Source: Phormidesmis sp.
GTDB taxonomy: Bacteria > Cyanobacteriota > Cyanobacteriia > Leptolyngbyales > Leptolyngbyaceae
Direction of reading: 5' to 3'
Length of the DNA: 64,000 nucleotides
Assembly (NCBI GenBank): GCA_965248535.1
Contig: CBDFJR010000005.1
Span: forward strand, 1,504,001-1,568,000
Part shown: piece by piece, positions 28,571 to 40,610 of the stretch
Numbering within the stretch: the stretch's first letter is position 1
How the letters are laid out: each line of letters begins with the position of its first letter
Program-made: the position numbers and the translations under genes
Notes under the pieces: model-generated
Database searches by the model: none
What the model was told of the DNA's origin: nothing
Seen by the model: the letters and a program-made list of their open reading frames with translations, nothing else

Positions 28571-30208
28571 TCACCCTGCGAAATAAATTCGCTCTTTTTG
28601 CTTGGCAGAATCCTTTTTGTAGTAGTCTTTTCGCCAAGAATCATCCGGCAATAGGTGGATCGAGTGGTGTCCTGGCTGGACTTGATAGCTGGCCATCAAG
28701 TTTCGCACATAGAAGTGATTAAACAACCGCATAAACTCACCCAGATAGATATCCGCGACGGGTTTGCTGCCTTGAATAATCAGCATATTTTCATCATTGT
28801 TGGTCGTAGAGGCGTTGCTGAAGTTAGCAGACCCCGTAATCACAAGCGGATTGTCGCTCAAAGGGTCAACAAGCATATATTTGGTGTGAATAAACTTGAC
28901 GTGAGTGTTGAGTCCGGTGGTTTTTTCTTGTTGCCATTGATCGAGGGCATTGCCTTCAGGAGCCAAGCACCCAAACGCGATGCGATTGTCTTCAATTTTG
29001 CGGAGCGCTTCAGTGTCTTTGTCTTTGGCTTCTAGCAAAACATAGCGCAGATAGCCTTTGTCAGTTTCTAGAACCTGTTTGATCAAATCATTGACCCCAA
29101 AGGCGGCTGTGAAGAACGTGCCGCTGGCGCTGGCATCCATTTGCTTGACATACCATTCAAGGGCTTCGAGAGAAGAACGAGGACTGAAAATGGCGGTGAT
29201 GGAGGGGTTTTTTAGCGTTTGCTTGGGAACAGGAGTTTGTTTTTCAGTCCACGATCGTAGGGTTTTTGCCTCTGGGTCTTTGCTGAGTTGTTCCCAATAA
29301 GCGAGATATTTAGCCGCAATATCAGGATCGCGAACAATGTGCCCAACATTGGAGTGCCCAAACAGTCCGCCGTCGGTGATGTTGGTAGAACCTGTCCAGA
29401 CCTGAGTTGGTTTGCCATCTTTGAGCAGCACAATAAATTTGTTGTGCGAGATAAAGCTGGGGCTGGCTTTGCGGGGAATGGTGATGTCGCCGATTTTGGC
29501 TTGGGCGATCGCGGCTTCATTTTTCTGACTTGGCTCTTTTTGCGAGTTGGGTTTGTCGTCAAAAACAATCTTGACATCAGCTTTGGCATCGCGGGCGGCT
29601 GCAAAAGCTTTCAGCACTGGAGCATACTGAAATTCATAGAGGGCGGCGCGTAGGCTATAGTTTGGGCCATTTGCCTGCCCGATAAATTTGAGCAACGCTT
29701 CGACTAAACCCCGCGAGAGCCAGTCCCAGGCGGCCCCATTGGGCACTTTGTCGGGCGGCTGATTGTGAAATTTGCGGGCATAAGCCTGAGAGCCAGCTAC
29801 ACCTCGATTAAAAAAGACGGCGTGAGGGCCAGTTTCCTCGTTCTCAGTCGAGATGGGGATTTCGACGGTTTCGCCTTGCTCTAGTTTTTTAGGCTTGCCG
29901 CGCATCGCCACTACGCGGTAGGTATAGTCATGGGCAGGTTTGGCGGTGAAGTCGCTCCAGAGAAAGGCTTGAATGGGCTGTTCGAGGGTAGTGACCAGAC
30001 TGCCGGGAGGCAACCCAGACTCTGTTTCTTGAAAGGTCTTGAAGCCCTTCAGCCAATAGCGTTCGTTTTCGGTGTGGTCAAGGCGCTCGATCGCGAACCC
30101 TAACACTCCTACACTTTTTGCTTCGGGCATATCGATGCCGAGCAGCACCACATAAGAACCTGCGATCGCTTGCACCGAGAGGGATGCGTTGACGGCTTTC
30201 TTTCTCAC
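28571..30208 (-). CDS. Phospholipase D-superfamily protein with two HKD-type motifs
   Basis: SHNKFIVL..WTGSTN and IHTKYMLVD..TGSANFS..NDEN. Confidence 0.88.
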   Translation of the reverse strand: MRKKAVNASLSVQAIAGSYVVLLGIDMPEAKSVGVLGFAIERLDHTENERYWLKGFKTFQETESGLPPGSLVTTLEQPIQAFLWSDFTAKPAHDYTYRVVAMRGKPKKLEQGETVEIPISTENEETGPHAVFFNRGVAGSQAYARKFHNQPPDKVPNGAAWDWLSRGLVEALLKFIGQANGPNYSLRAALYEFQYAPVLKAFAAARDAKADVKIVFDDKPNSQKEPSQKNEAAIAQAKIGDITIPRKASPSFISHNKFIVLLKDGKPTQVWTGSTNITDGGLFGHSNVGHIVRDPDIAAKYLAYWEQLSKDPEAKTLRSWTEKQTPVPKQTLKNPSITAIFSPRSSLEALEWYVKQMDASASGTFFTAAFGVNDLIKQVLETDKGYLRYVLLEAKDKDTEALRKIEDNRIAFGCLAPEGNALDQWQQEKTTGLNTHVKFIHTKYMLVDPLSDNPLVITGSANFSNASTTNNDENMLIIQGSKPVADIYLGEFMRLFNHFYVRNLMASYQVQPGHHSIHLLPDDSWRKDYYKKDSAKQKERIYFAG

Positions 30209-30241
30209 GATTTGATCCTCTGAAGGGAATGCTGTAGTCTT

Positions 30242-32095
30242 CTATAAGCCCAAGGTGCGCCCCGGAAACCCTGCGGTGTCGTAGTAGCGAGTTTTGCCGA
30301 CAGTCTGGAACTTGAGAACTGTTTTTAGCCCATTTTTAGCAGGCTTTGATTCTAAAATCTGAGACTTGGCTGAAGTATTTTCCGTGCTGCCCGCTAGAGA
30401 TTCGGTTAGGACTCGGCCAATCAGTTTACCTTGAGTGGTTAGGTTTAGACCCATTATTTTTGCGATCGTTTGCGGCACATCTGCATTGCTGGCAGGAGCG
30501 ACATCTTCATAAGCTGGTTTGAAATCAGGCCCGATCGCCATCATCGTGTTGAAGGTATCGGCGCGGCTAAAGCTGCCGTGAATGCCCTGCCCTTGCTGAA
30601 GCCCAGTGTCGGCGATTTCGACTCCGCACATAGTGGGCGTGCTACAGCCTGTATCAAACGATCGAAAGTTGACTACAATCTCTGGGGTCGGAGTGCGGGC
30701 TGCGCCTTTGAGTCCGATGCTGCTAAAGGGTAATGCACCAGGAATCTCACCCAGCGAGTCATTGATAAACACGCCACTGACATAATCTTGTTGAAGCAGG
30801 AAATCAACGATGGTTTTCGCCAGGGCTTTGCGCTGAGAGCGCTGGGGCAAATAAATCAGATCAGATCCGCCGTTTGCGGCCACGATCGCCTCTGGTTTAT
30901 CAGGATTTTTTCCGATCGCTCCATTTTTAGTCGATTGCCCTTTGGCGACATCTACGATCGCGTTTTGCTTGTCTGGATTGAACAGGGGCAACTTTAGATG
31001 ATGGGCGAGGTCGATCGCCAAAAATCCTGATGGTAAAAAGTCCTTTGGCACATCTGGATAATTAATAGTCGCTGCATAGCTTTTTTGACTCTGTTTACTA
31101 ATTGTTGAAAAGCCGTGATCAGCCGTCACAAAAATATTGGTGGTTGCCTCTAAGTCTAAGTCTTTGAGAGCAGCCCGAATTTGAGCGAGGTTACGATCGA
31201 CATTCTGCCGGGCCGCCAACACGGTTGGGCCATTAATTCCAGGAGTGAGTTGATTTAAACTGTCGCCTTGATTGTGCTGGGTGCCGTCGGGGTCGCGAGA
31301 CCAGTAGACCAACACAAATGGCTTTTGTCGCTGCTTAAAAAGCGGCAGAATGATCTGGGTCGTGAAGTCTACAAAATATTGCTGCTGTGTTACATTGGGG
31401 ACTTTAGTTCCCGAGACTTTACGATCGCCAGCTTTACCATTTTCACCACGAGATGGCGTTGTTAGAGCTAGTGATTTTTGATTCAGAAGTTCAATTACAT
31501 TAGCGTTAAGTGAAATTCCGTCTGGCGTTCCGGTTGCGTCATCGACAATGATCGTTGAATCACTCGATTGCTCGGTGATATCCTGAATCCAAACGGGGCC
31601 AATTTTGCCCACTGCTGCCGTGCTCAGTCCGGCTTTTCTGGCGGTTGCTAATAGGCTTTCTTCATTGAGATAGTTGGCTCCAAACCGTCGATTCACCTCG
31701 CGCAATACGGCATTATTTTCTAGAAAAGGCACGGGGCTATTTTTGGCACTTTTCACCGGAAACTCAACGTGAATCGTGTTGCTAAAGTCGCCTGTGTCGC
31801 CCAAAAAATGACCCGTCGCGATCGCCGAAGCGTTGGCCGTCGTGAAAGTCGGAAACAGCGAATGACTGTTGGTGAAATGAACACCCTGTTCTCGAATTTG
31901 CTGAAGTGTGGGAGTGTCGGCAGCGTTAATCCAGCCAGGGCGCAACCCATCGGCGACAAAAATAATGGCGCTGTGAGCGATCGGCGGCGAGTTAGACAGA
32001 CGACTAAACAGCGGCGATCGACAAGCCACAATCACCGTCATAACAAACAGCAACAAAACCCCAAACCGTAGCTTTTGTGAGAAGAAATGCAACAC
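30242..32095 (-). CDS. Alkaline-phosphatase-superfamily nucleotide pyrophosphatase/phosphodiesterase, probable lipoprotein
   Basis: FVADGLR, FPTFT, DPDGTQH, TADHG, GIHG; signal peptide with IVAC lipobox-like motif. Confidence 0.88.
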   Translation of the reverse strand: MLHFFSQKLRFGVLLLFVMTVIVACRSPLFSRLSNSPPIAHSAIIFVADGLRPGWINAADTPTLQQIREQGVHFTNSHSLFPTFTTANASAIATGHFLGDTGDFSNTIHVEFPVKSAKNSPVPFLENNAVLREVNRRFGANYLNEESLLATARKAGLSTAAVGKIGPVWIQDITEQSSDSTIIVDDATGTPDGISLNANVIELLNQKSLALTTPSRGENGKAGDRKVSGTKVPNVTQQQYFVDFTTQIILPLFKQRQKPFVLVYWSRDPDGTQHNQGDSLNQLTPGINGPTVLAARQNVDRNLAQIRAALKDLDLEATTNIFVTADHGFSTISKQSQKSYAATINYPDVPKDFLPSGFLAIDLAHHLKLPLFNPDKQNAIVDVAKGQSTKNGAIGKNPDKPEAIVAANGGSDLIYLPQRSQRKALAKTIVDFLLQQDYVSGVFINDSLGEIPGALPFSSIGLKGAARTPTPEIVVNFRSFDTGCSTPTMCGVEIADTGLQQGQGIHGSFSRADTFNTMMAIGPDFKPAYEDVAPASNADVPQTIAKIMGLNLTTQGKLIGRVLTESLAGSTENTSAKSQILESKPAKNGLKTVLKFQTVGKTRYYDTAGFPGRTLGL

Positions 32096-32223
32096 GATTT
32101 AACGACCAGCGATAAAGTGACCCAGTTGCCGCTTGATTGAAGCACATCGATCGCCAAAGTCCATGTCTTTTAAAAGACGTAAATCCCCCGCGATCGCAAA
32201 TTTACAAACCCAAAATCGACGAC

Positions 32224-32252
32224 GTAGGGGCATGGCAGTGCCATGCCCCTAC
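32224..32252. repeat. GTAG-type REP palindrome
   Basis: GTAGGGGCATGGCAGTGCCATGCCCCTAC; relatives at 9-36, 41034-41240, 53713-53770 and 60454-60477. Confidence 0.8.
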
Positions 32253-32293
32253 GTTTGCCCCCCAACCGTGCCAGCAACCGATAGAACCTAACC

Positions 32294-32331
32294 AAAAAAG
32301 AACCGAGGCACCTCGTTAGATACCTCGGTTG
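32294..32331 (-). terminator. Rho-independent terminator of the giant phosphatase gene
   Basis: Minus strand AACCGAGG..CCTCGGTT followed by CTTTTTT. Confidence 0.7.
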
Positions 32332-32357
32332 TTAGCGATTAAATCAACCAGAACAGT

Positions 32358-35300
32358 TTATTGAGCAGCATCAATTGAGAAGCCCAAAACCTTTCTAACT
32401 GGGTTGGCTGCACTCGGCTCAGGGAAGGTGTTAGCAGCATAGGAGTTAATGCCATAGTTGCTAACAGACAGCGTTTTGCCATCGGCACTGATGTTGAAGG
32501 TGACGTAGTTAAACGTGTCAGGTGAATAGAAATCAACCGGACTGCGATTTTGGTCAGCGTTCGGGTCAAACTCACGGTAGACATCGTGAATCAGAGGATT
32601 GGTAGGGTCAAGCCCTAACGGATTAAAGCCCTTCGCCAAATCCTTTGCGACCACTACATCCGTCAGCTTTTGAATGTTGCTGAAACTGTGATCCGTCACG
32701 ACATCCGGGCCGCCCGCTCCGATCGGGCCCCCCACGATCGTCAACGCATTCGGCAACAATGTTCGAGTTTTGGTGTCGCTGATGTCAGTGAAGTAGGTCA
32801 GTTCATTAATCCGATTTTGGTGGTCATCGGCGCTGAGAAACACCACATTGTCGATGTGATTGTCGGCAATAAACTTCAGCAGTTCATTCCGCTCTGCCCG
32901 ATAGCCGCCCGTCCAAGACTTGCCGCTGTCTTCGCCCCCTTCGTCGATCGGAGACGACACCGATACGATTTTCCAGGGTGTGCCGTTTTGTTGAGCCGCT
33001 AGCAGGGTTTGCTCTAACCATGCCAACTGAGTTTTGCCCAACATGGTGCGATCGGGGTTGTCAGCCCTTGCGCCCGTGTCGTCGGTTCCGTCGGCATTCT
33101 TTAAGCGAATGTCGCGGTAAGAGCGATCGTCCACATTAATGAAGACGCTGTTTGCGCCCCACTGCTGTGAATAATAAAGCTGCTGGGTGCCATTAGTCCG
33201 AGGATCGTTGGGTGCCGAAATCGTGGTCTCGCGAATCGGCTGATAGTCGTCATAGGCTTGCAGCAAGGTCTTAAAGCCCTCGGTCTTGTTGAGATAGGTG
33301 CCCGTGTTGTTCACGTCATAGATCGGATTCGTTCCATCAAAGCCCTTGCCAGCAGGTGCTCCAGCAGGTGCTCCGCCATTGATAAACTGCTTGTTACCGA
33401 GTTCGTGGTTGTCCAACAAAACATAGGTTCCTTGCGACTCATAAAGGGCTTGCACTCCTTCAAATCCGCCCACGTTGGTGGCGACTAAATCCTCCTGATA
33501 TTTGCGACGATAGTCTGCCAAGGCTTGGGCCGGGTCAGTTAACGGGTCTGCCGCGGCCGCCGATCGGGCCGTGACCGTTTCATAAATCGTGTCACCCAAG
33601 AAGATGAAGTAGTCTAGATTTTGGTCTTTGAGGTTTGCCAAAGAGCTATAGGGTCGCCACTTGCCGTCAGCATCTGCACTAAAGCCAAAGTCTACAGCCA
33701 CTTGAGCCGTGGGGTCAGGAGCCGTTTTGAAGGTGCCCACATCGCTGAAATCACCCTCTGGCGTGGTGAAGCGATAATAGTAGGTCGTGCCGCTTTCCAG
33801 TCCTTTAGCTTCGAGTTTGAGCACATAATCGCGATTGGATTGAGTGCTGCCCCCAAAGGTTGAGACATCAGAAGCAAAGGTGCGATCGGTGGAAACCTGC
33901 GCCGTTAAAGCCGTCGCAATTCCTTGTTTTGTAATCTGGTTGGTCGTGCGAGTCCAGAGAACTGCACTGTCACTCGTCGGTTCTCCAGCCGCTACCCCTT
34001 CAGTAAAAGCGGTGTGCAGTTCGAGGGGCTTGCTCAACTTGATTTCGATAAATTCGTTGTTGTCAGCTTGTCCCGGTGTGCGACCGACGCTAAAGGGATA
34101 GTTGTTGTCGTTGATGACTAACAGCGTTTGTTTGTCGATCGGCAAAATGTCTTCGATCGTTGTGAATGGGAAGGTGAACACGCCATTCTTGGTGCCGTTG
34201 CCGCCGATCCCGTTGGGGTCAGAGACATTCAGCAGATCAGCCACGAGTTCTTTTTGCACAAAGCCACTGCTGTCGATCTGGTTGAGATCAATTTTGTAGA
34301 TCTTCTTAGAGATAGCAGGGCTAGGCAAATGCCGGATTGCTCGCGTCTCCTTGCCCGTTGTCGCGCTCGATAACCAGGAATTCGTGGTCGTTGATGGCGG
34401 TCATATCCCCGATCGCGCGACCTGGCACATTGAGTTTATAAGAGAAAGTTTTGCCCGTATACTGCTCAGTTTTGAGGTCAAACTCACTAATGAACAAGCG
34501 ATTTTGTTGCAGATCGGAGGTCAACGCACCTTCTAACAGGGTGTAAAGCTTGGTGCCATCTGCGCTTAAGGCAGTGCCCTCAAAGCCTTTAGAGCGGGGG
34601 AGATTGGCGGCTTTGATTTTGTTGGCTTCAGACAGGCTAGCCAGAGTGGGATTGTCCGGCGACTTCACAAACGGCTGAGTTTCATAAGTCTTGGCGGCTT
34701 TTCCGGTGCCCGCAAAGTCGGTGAAGTAACCATCTACGCCAAGCTCAATAAACTGGCGAATCTCCTTCTCTGGGTCGCCTTTATAGTCGGCTGCCAGATA
34801 CTGAGTTTCGTTGCGGAAGGTGTAAGGGTGCACCAACAATCCGACGTTGTGAGCATCGGTGATTAAGGTTGTCGGTGCTGTCAGGGTTTTGTCTGCATCA
34901 TTGACAACGCCATCGCCGTTCACGTCGTCTGCTTTGCCGTCGTTGTTGGCATCTACGCCCTTGACCGAGAGAATCATTCGCTTCCAGGGGCCAATGCCAT
35001 CGGCGTAGGTGGCGACTTCGGCAAGACCTTGCGCCGATCGGATGTCTGCATAGGTGCGAGTATCTCCACTGACGACAAAATCGTAGGGTTTGATTTCGCT
35101 CAAGCTGCCGTCGAGGTTGACATCATCGGCATCTAGCAACTGAATCAGCGGCACATCAATTAGCGTATTCAGCTTTTTGAGATTGCCCACCTCAAACGAT
35201 TGAATGAAGACCCGACTAGGATCGGTGAAATTGTTGTCTTTGAGAATCTTCACCAAAGGCTCTTCTAGCGTCAGACCCTCACTAGCAAAGTAAGTCGGGT

Positions 35301-38300
35301 GTTTGGTTTCAGGATAGATGCCGATCTTTTTGCCCGTCGTCGCTTCGACCTTCTTGACCAAATCAATGATTTCTTGCAGCGTCGGAACCTCAAACTGACC
35401 GTTGTAGGACTGATCGCGGAAGGAAAGCCGTTCCTTGGCCCGCAGCGTCTTGATTTCTGCCAGCGTGAAGTCGTCAACAAACCAGCCACTTTCGGCCGTG
35501 CCGTCAATTACCTTGGTGGTGAAGCGGTTGGCAAATTCGGGATGATCAGCCACGTTGGTGGTGTCTTTGATGTTCACCTCGTGACGCGCAATCAACACGC
35601 CATCTTTGGTCGAAACCAGGTCAGGCTCAATAAAGTCAGCCCCCAAGTCGATCGCGAGTTGATAGCCTGCCAGAGTGTGCTCTGGTCGCTGACCCGCGAT
35701 GCCTCGGTGACCGATGACGATCGGGGCTTGTCCATTCAGCGTGTTCAACGGTTCAGGATTGGGGATAGCGATCGGGGCTGACAGCAGCGTGCCATCTGCC
35801 CCAAAGTGCAGCAAGAAGGGGCCAAACTCTTCGCCAAACCAGTAGGTGCCATCGGCAACCCGGCGGAAGGACTCGACATCAAAATCGGCTCCGGTCAATA
35901 AACGACCTTGCTTAATGGTGGGGTCAACCGCAATGCCGCCCGCCTTGAGTTTGTCACTTCCTGGATAGGTATCTAGGTCAGCTATAATCGTCTGGAAGCC
36001 TTTCAGCTTGCCGTTCTTGTCGTTAAGCTGGAAGTAACTCTTATCGGTAAAGCTGTCTAACCGCTTGCCCGTTTGCAGATCAGATGGGTAGACCTTGCCC
36101 GTAGCAAAGTCTGTCTCGACTGAGTAAAAGCGCAACAGCGAGTCAGCGGAGTTCGCTTTAGTCCCATACCCATTGTCAACCATCACCAAATAGGTTCCGG
36201 CTTTGGCTCCCGGCAACACGGCTGAGAAGCCCTGCACAGGCTGTCCATTCGGCCCCACAAATGGAACGGGCTGACCATTGGCGTTGAGGGTGCCGATCGT
36301 GCCGTCATTGTTCAGGGTTAGAAATTGACCAGAGGTGGGCCCGACTGCAAAGGTGTTGGCTGGCAATACTGCCCGTCCGACGAGTTGCGTTACCCCTTGA
36401 GGAATGGTTTGGTAATCACTGCTCACCGTCGAGAACAGCGTATCGTCTACGGTCGTTGCTTTAACACCTTTGAGAATGCCTAGCAATGCCCCCGTGCTGG
36501 TCAGTTTGATTAGGGTGTCGCTGACATTGCTGCCTGTGCCTTGCACGATCGTCAGTTGTTCAAACGTCAGACCTTTTAGACCAATGCGATCGCCCTCTTT
36601 GGCATTAAAATCAGCTACGGTTGTGGTGCCATCAGTTGCCGCCAAGATGAAGCGATCGGCACCCGCGCCGCCGCGCAGCAGGTTGTTGCCACTCAATCCA
36701 TCCAGAATATCGTTGCCGCCCTGACCGTTGATCACATCATCAGAGTCGTCAAAGCCCTTAACAATGTTGTTCGAGTCATTGAGAAACGTGACCGTATTGC
36801 GGTTCCAAACTTGGCTCTGGGTTGAGTTAGCATCCAACACGTCAAAGCTGTCTGTTATCTCGGTCTGACCGTCAAAGAGAATGTTGCCGAGATCAACAGC
36901 GCCTCCGGTGGAGGTTTGCAGATTCTCCAGGTTTTCTAGCTTGAAGTTTTTTAGCGTCACTTGAGTGTTGGCAACGCCATCAAAGGTGAGCACCAAGTTA
37001 TCACCATCTTGCTTCAGCACCAAGTTTTTAGCCGTTAGCCCAGTGCCTTGAAACTTGAGAATATCGGCTTCTGCGATCGTGCCCGTTCCAGGATTGGTGC
37101 CTTTGCCAAGACCGCCAAAATTAGCGATCGTGGCGGTATCGCCTTTGTTGATCACAAACGTCTTCTGACCCTTACTACCATCGCCATTTAAGCTGGTGCT
37201 GAGTCCAACGGTGCGACCCTCATAGCCCGCCGTATCGAAATACTTCGTATCTCCTACCTGCTGATAGTCGAGATAGGTGCGTTGCCCATTGCTAGACGCA
37301 TCCGATTTCAACACGCCAACGGTGGTGGCAACTGTATCCGGCCCATTCACCAGCGCTTCGCTAATCACCCGACCAATCAAACTGCCGTTTTGAGACACCG
37401 ACAAGCCGAGCAGGTTCAGCAGAGTCACAGCGACATCCGCATTGCTGACCGGGGCTAAATCTTGATAGCCCTTCTTAAAGTCAGGCCCGATCGCCGCCAT
37501 ATTGTTGAATGTATCGCCCCGACCAAAGGTGCCGTGCATCCCCTGACCTTGCTGTAAACCTGTATCAGCAATCTCAACTTGAGTCTGAACTGGGTTGCTT
37601 AAATCCGTTGAAAACGTCTTGAAGTTTAATACGATCGCGGGCGTGGGCGTTTGAGCCGAACCCTTGAGATTAATCGCACTCAGCGGTAATGTTCCAGCGA
37701 TCGCACCAAAGGCATCATCAACAAACAATCCACTGGTGTAGTCTTGCTTGCTGAGAAACTCGACGACCTTCTTGACGGTTGCTAAGTCGCCATCGGGCAC
37801 ATAGATCAAGTCAGAGCCGCCGTTAGCCGCCACCACAACCTTCGCATCGGGCGTATTTAGAATCTGTCCACTCGCACCGATCAAACCGTTGCCGTTAGCC
37901 GGACGCTGCCCTTTTGTCGCATCCACTGACGTATAGGCAATGGCCTTGTTAGCACTGTCTTTAACCGTTGTGTCGGGGTCATAGAGCGACAGCCCTAAGT
38001 CATGAGCAATGTCGATCGCCACAAACCCGACGGGCAAGAACCCTGCATTCACACCCGCGTAGGTGAACTGGGAGGCATAGTCATTAATCTTGGTGCCCTG
38101 AGCATCACTCACGCTTTTGCTGATCGTCGAGAAGCCGTGATCCGCCGTGATGAAGATGTCCGTGTTGTCATACAAGCCTTGGTCTTTTAGCCCTTGAATG
38201 ATTTGGGCCAAGTTGTTGTCAGCATTTTTGACCGCCGCTTTAGAAGTCGGGCCATTAATACCTGGAGTCAGACTGTTGAGGCTATCTCCATTGTTGTGCT

Positions 38301-39192
38301 GAGAGCCATCGGGGTCGCGAGACCAATAAACCAGCGCAAAGGGATCGCCATCTTGCTTAAACGTCGGCAAAATCGCCTTCGTGGTTGCATCTGCGAAATA
38401 TTGCTGCTGCGCTACGTTAGCCGACAGAGTGCCCGGAGTTATGTTGTTGCCCGATGGCTGAACTCGCAGCGTCGAAAGCGCAGCACTCGTTTGCAGACCA
38501 GCACTGGTGAGGGCTGCTTTGATCACGTCGCTAACAGGTACGCCCGCCGCCGAGAAGGTAGAGTCATCCAAAATAACGGTGTCAGGAACGGGCACTTTGC
38601 CATCGGCTCCCCGATTCCCCTGACTCACGTCTTGAATCAAAACGGGGCCCAGTTTGCCGACGGCCGCCGTGTTATAGCCGTTTTGACGAGCAAGTTGCAG
38701 CAGACTTTCTTCGTTGAGAAAGTTGTAATAGCTGAAGGTATCGGGGTCGCTGCTGTCAAAGCTGCCTTTGAACTTAGCATTTAGGTCTGCCAAAACCGGA
38801 TCGTTTTCGATGAACGGAGTAGGACTCTGCCCCGCGCTAGGCACCGGAAACCCAGCATAGATAGTATTGCTAAAGTCTCCGGTGTCGCCTAAATAGTGCC
38901 CTGTGGCGATCGCCGAAGCATTGGGAGTCGTAAACGTGGGGAACAAACCGTGACTGTTGCTAAAGTCTACTCCCTCACTGCGGATGCTGTAGAGAGTAGG
39001 TGCATCAATCGGATTGACGGAGCCATAGCGCAAGCCGTCGGCAACAAAGATCACCACGTTGCGAGGGGCGCTGCTGCCTGTTAGCGACTGGGAGGGTGTC
39101 GTTGTCAGGGCAGATTGGGTAAGCAGAGGCGAATTAAGTTGCGTGGTCAAAGTGCCACTAGAGGCGGCGGCGAAGGTTAAATCAGTTGCCAT
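32358..39192 (-). pseudogene. Giant multidomain phosphatase (NPP + RTX + phytase-like with inserted GDPD + PhoD), frameshifted near 34322
   Basis: ORF 34321-39192 ends mid phytase-like domain ([16 protein letters not shown]). ORF 32358-34328 resumes it (SPAISKKIYKIDL..NDNNYPFS) and continues into PhoD (GVAAGEP..LWTR, LGDTIY, DNHE). Confidence 0.85.
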
Positions 39193-39623
39193 AGGAGTTG
39201 AGTGAAGAGTTCAGGGAATAGTGAGCGCAAGACGGTGGGTAGTCGGATGAAAAAATAGTCTAAAGAGCATCCAAAGGGGCTAAACTGCGCCATTGAAGCT
39301 CTCTAGTTAGATTGAGATTTAATGGACGATCGCTAACAGCTTCCCAAACGGGGCGCACGATCTAAGAGAACCCAATGTAAAACTCGGCTCAAGCGATCGT
39401 GAAATCAGATCTAAGTTGAGTCGGCGCTAACGAAGTCTCTAAGGAGGTTCGAGAGGGTTTGACTAGATAGTTCAGACTAACTACAGGCAGCTTTGTGGAT
39501 CAGTCCCTCGGCTGAAACTAGTTTTTGTCTGCCAAAAATCATCATTAGGTGAATCAACTTTCGGTCAATGTGTGCAATGGAACACGCCACTACAAACGGG
39601 TACAGAAGAACAATAAGTGCTCT

Positions 39624-39664
39624 AAGTTAATGGACTAACCAGTTATGGTTAAAAACTGGCTAAG
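39624..39664 (-). promoter_or_regulatory. Putative Pho box (SphR/PhoB)
   Basis: Minus strand CTTAGCCA, TTTAACCA and ATTAACTT at 0, 11 and 33 bp, fitting cyanobacterial YTTAAYYW 11-bp repeats, upstream of phosphatase genes. Confidence 0.6.
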
Positions 39665-39836
39665 AAGTGTGAAAAATTCTGTTTCAATTTGTCTTTTTTT
39701 TCCTGCAAGCAAAGCTTTACAAAAACAAAATAGAACTTCACGGAATCTACATAGAAACCGTGTTGACAGATTACCTAGCTCTAGGGTGCTTCTGACAGGT
39801 ATAAATTCTCACTAAAAAATTACGGGTGGAGATGAT

Positions 39837-40610
39837 CTAAAAAAGCAGCAGTTGCAGTAGCCCACCGACGACGCTAATTAAAGATTGACCCAATCCGCCG
39901 TTGCTCTCTTTGCGTTCTTTGGGCGGGTTTTTGATGCCCTGGACTAATTTTTGGGCAGCGTCGGCGTTTTCTGTGTGACCCTGCTGCGAAAATAGCGTTG
40001 ATGCGACTTCGCCATCTTTGACGGCTCCCTCTTTGTCACCCAACTCTAAGCGAGCGATCGCGCGTCCCAAATAAGCCAGCGCATGGTCAGGTTTGCGAAT
40101 AATCACCTGATCAAAATGCCCGATCGCGGTTTCATAGTTGCGCTGTTTGGTGGCTTGGAGGGCCCAGCGATAAAAATCTTCGGGGTCACCTGCTGTCGAG
40201 GGTAGCCCGATCGCGCCTTGCAGCGCAGCATTAGTCAGGTTTGCGCCCGTGAGATCGGCTCCTGACAAAAAGGCTCCTCGCAGATCTGCGCCCCTCAAGT
40301 CTGCCCCGACTAGGATTGCGCCGCTCAGATCGGCTCCGTTGAGGCTGGCTCCTGCTAGGTTTGTATCCCTCAAATCGGCCCCTGATAAGACGGCTCGACT
40401 GAGATTGGCCCCCGACAGGTTCGACTGGGTGAGATTTGCCCCATTTAAGCGCGCTAACACTAACCCGGCTCGGCTTAAGTCACAGCTTCGACATTGTTTA
40501 GTCGCAAGCAATTGCTGAATCTGTTCTAGGTTTTCAGCATAGGCAGGACTGGCAACCCCGATCGCCAAAAGCATTGCAGATAGCGTAACCGCATTAAAGT
40601 TCATGGGCAT
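39837..40610 (-). CDS. Pentapeptide-repeat protein with C-terminal TPR
   Basis: Signal peptide, CRSCDL, A(D/N)Lxx repeats, TPR helices; start codon uncertain. Confidence 0.88.
   Translation of the reverse strand: MPMNFNAVTLSAMLLAIGVASPAYAENLEQIQQLLATKQCRSCDLSRAGLVLARLNGANLTQSNLSGANLSRAVLSGADLRDTNLAGASLNGADLSGAILVGADLRGADLRGAFLSGADLTGANLTNAALQGAIGLPSTAGDPEDFYRWALQATKQRNYETAIGHFDQVIIRKPDHALAYLGRAIARLELGDKEGAVKDGEVASTLFSQQGHTENADAAQKLVQGIKNPPKERKESNGGLGQSLISVVGGLLQLLLF

Noticed and set aside
39480..39535. Possible c-di-GMP-I riboswitch upstream of the giant phosphatase
   Set aside because: Lacks the GNRA P2 loop and GACGCAAAG core; needs Infernal to exclude fully
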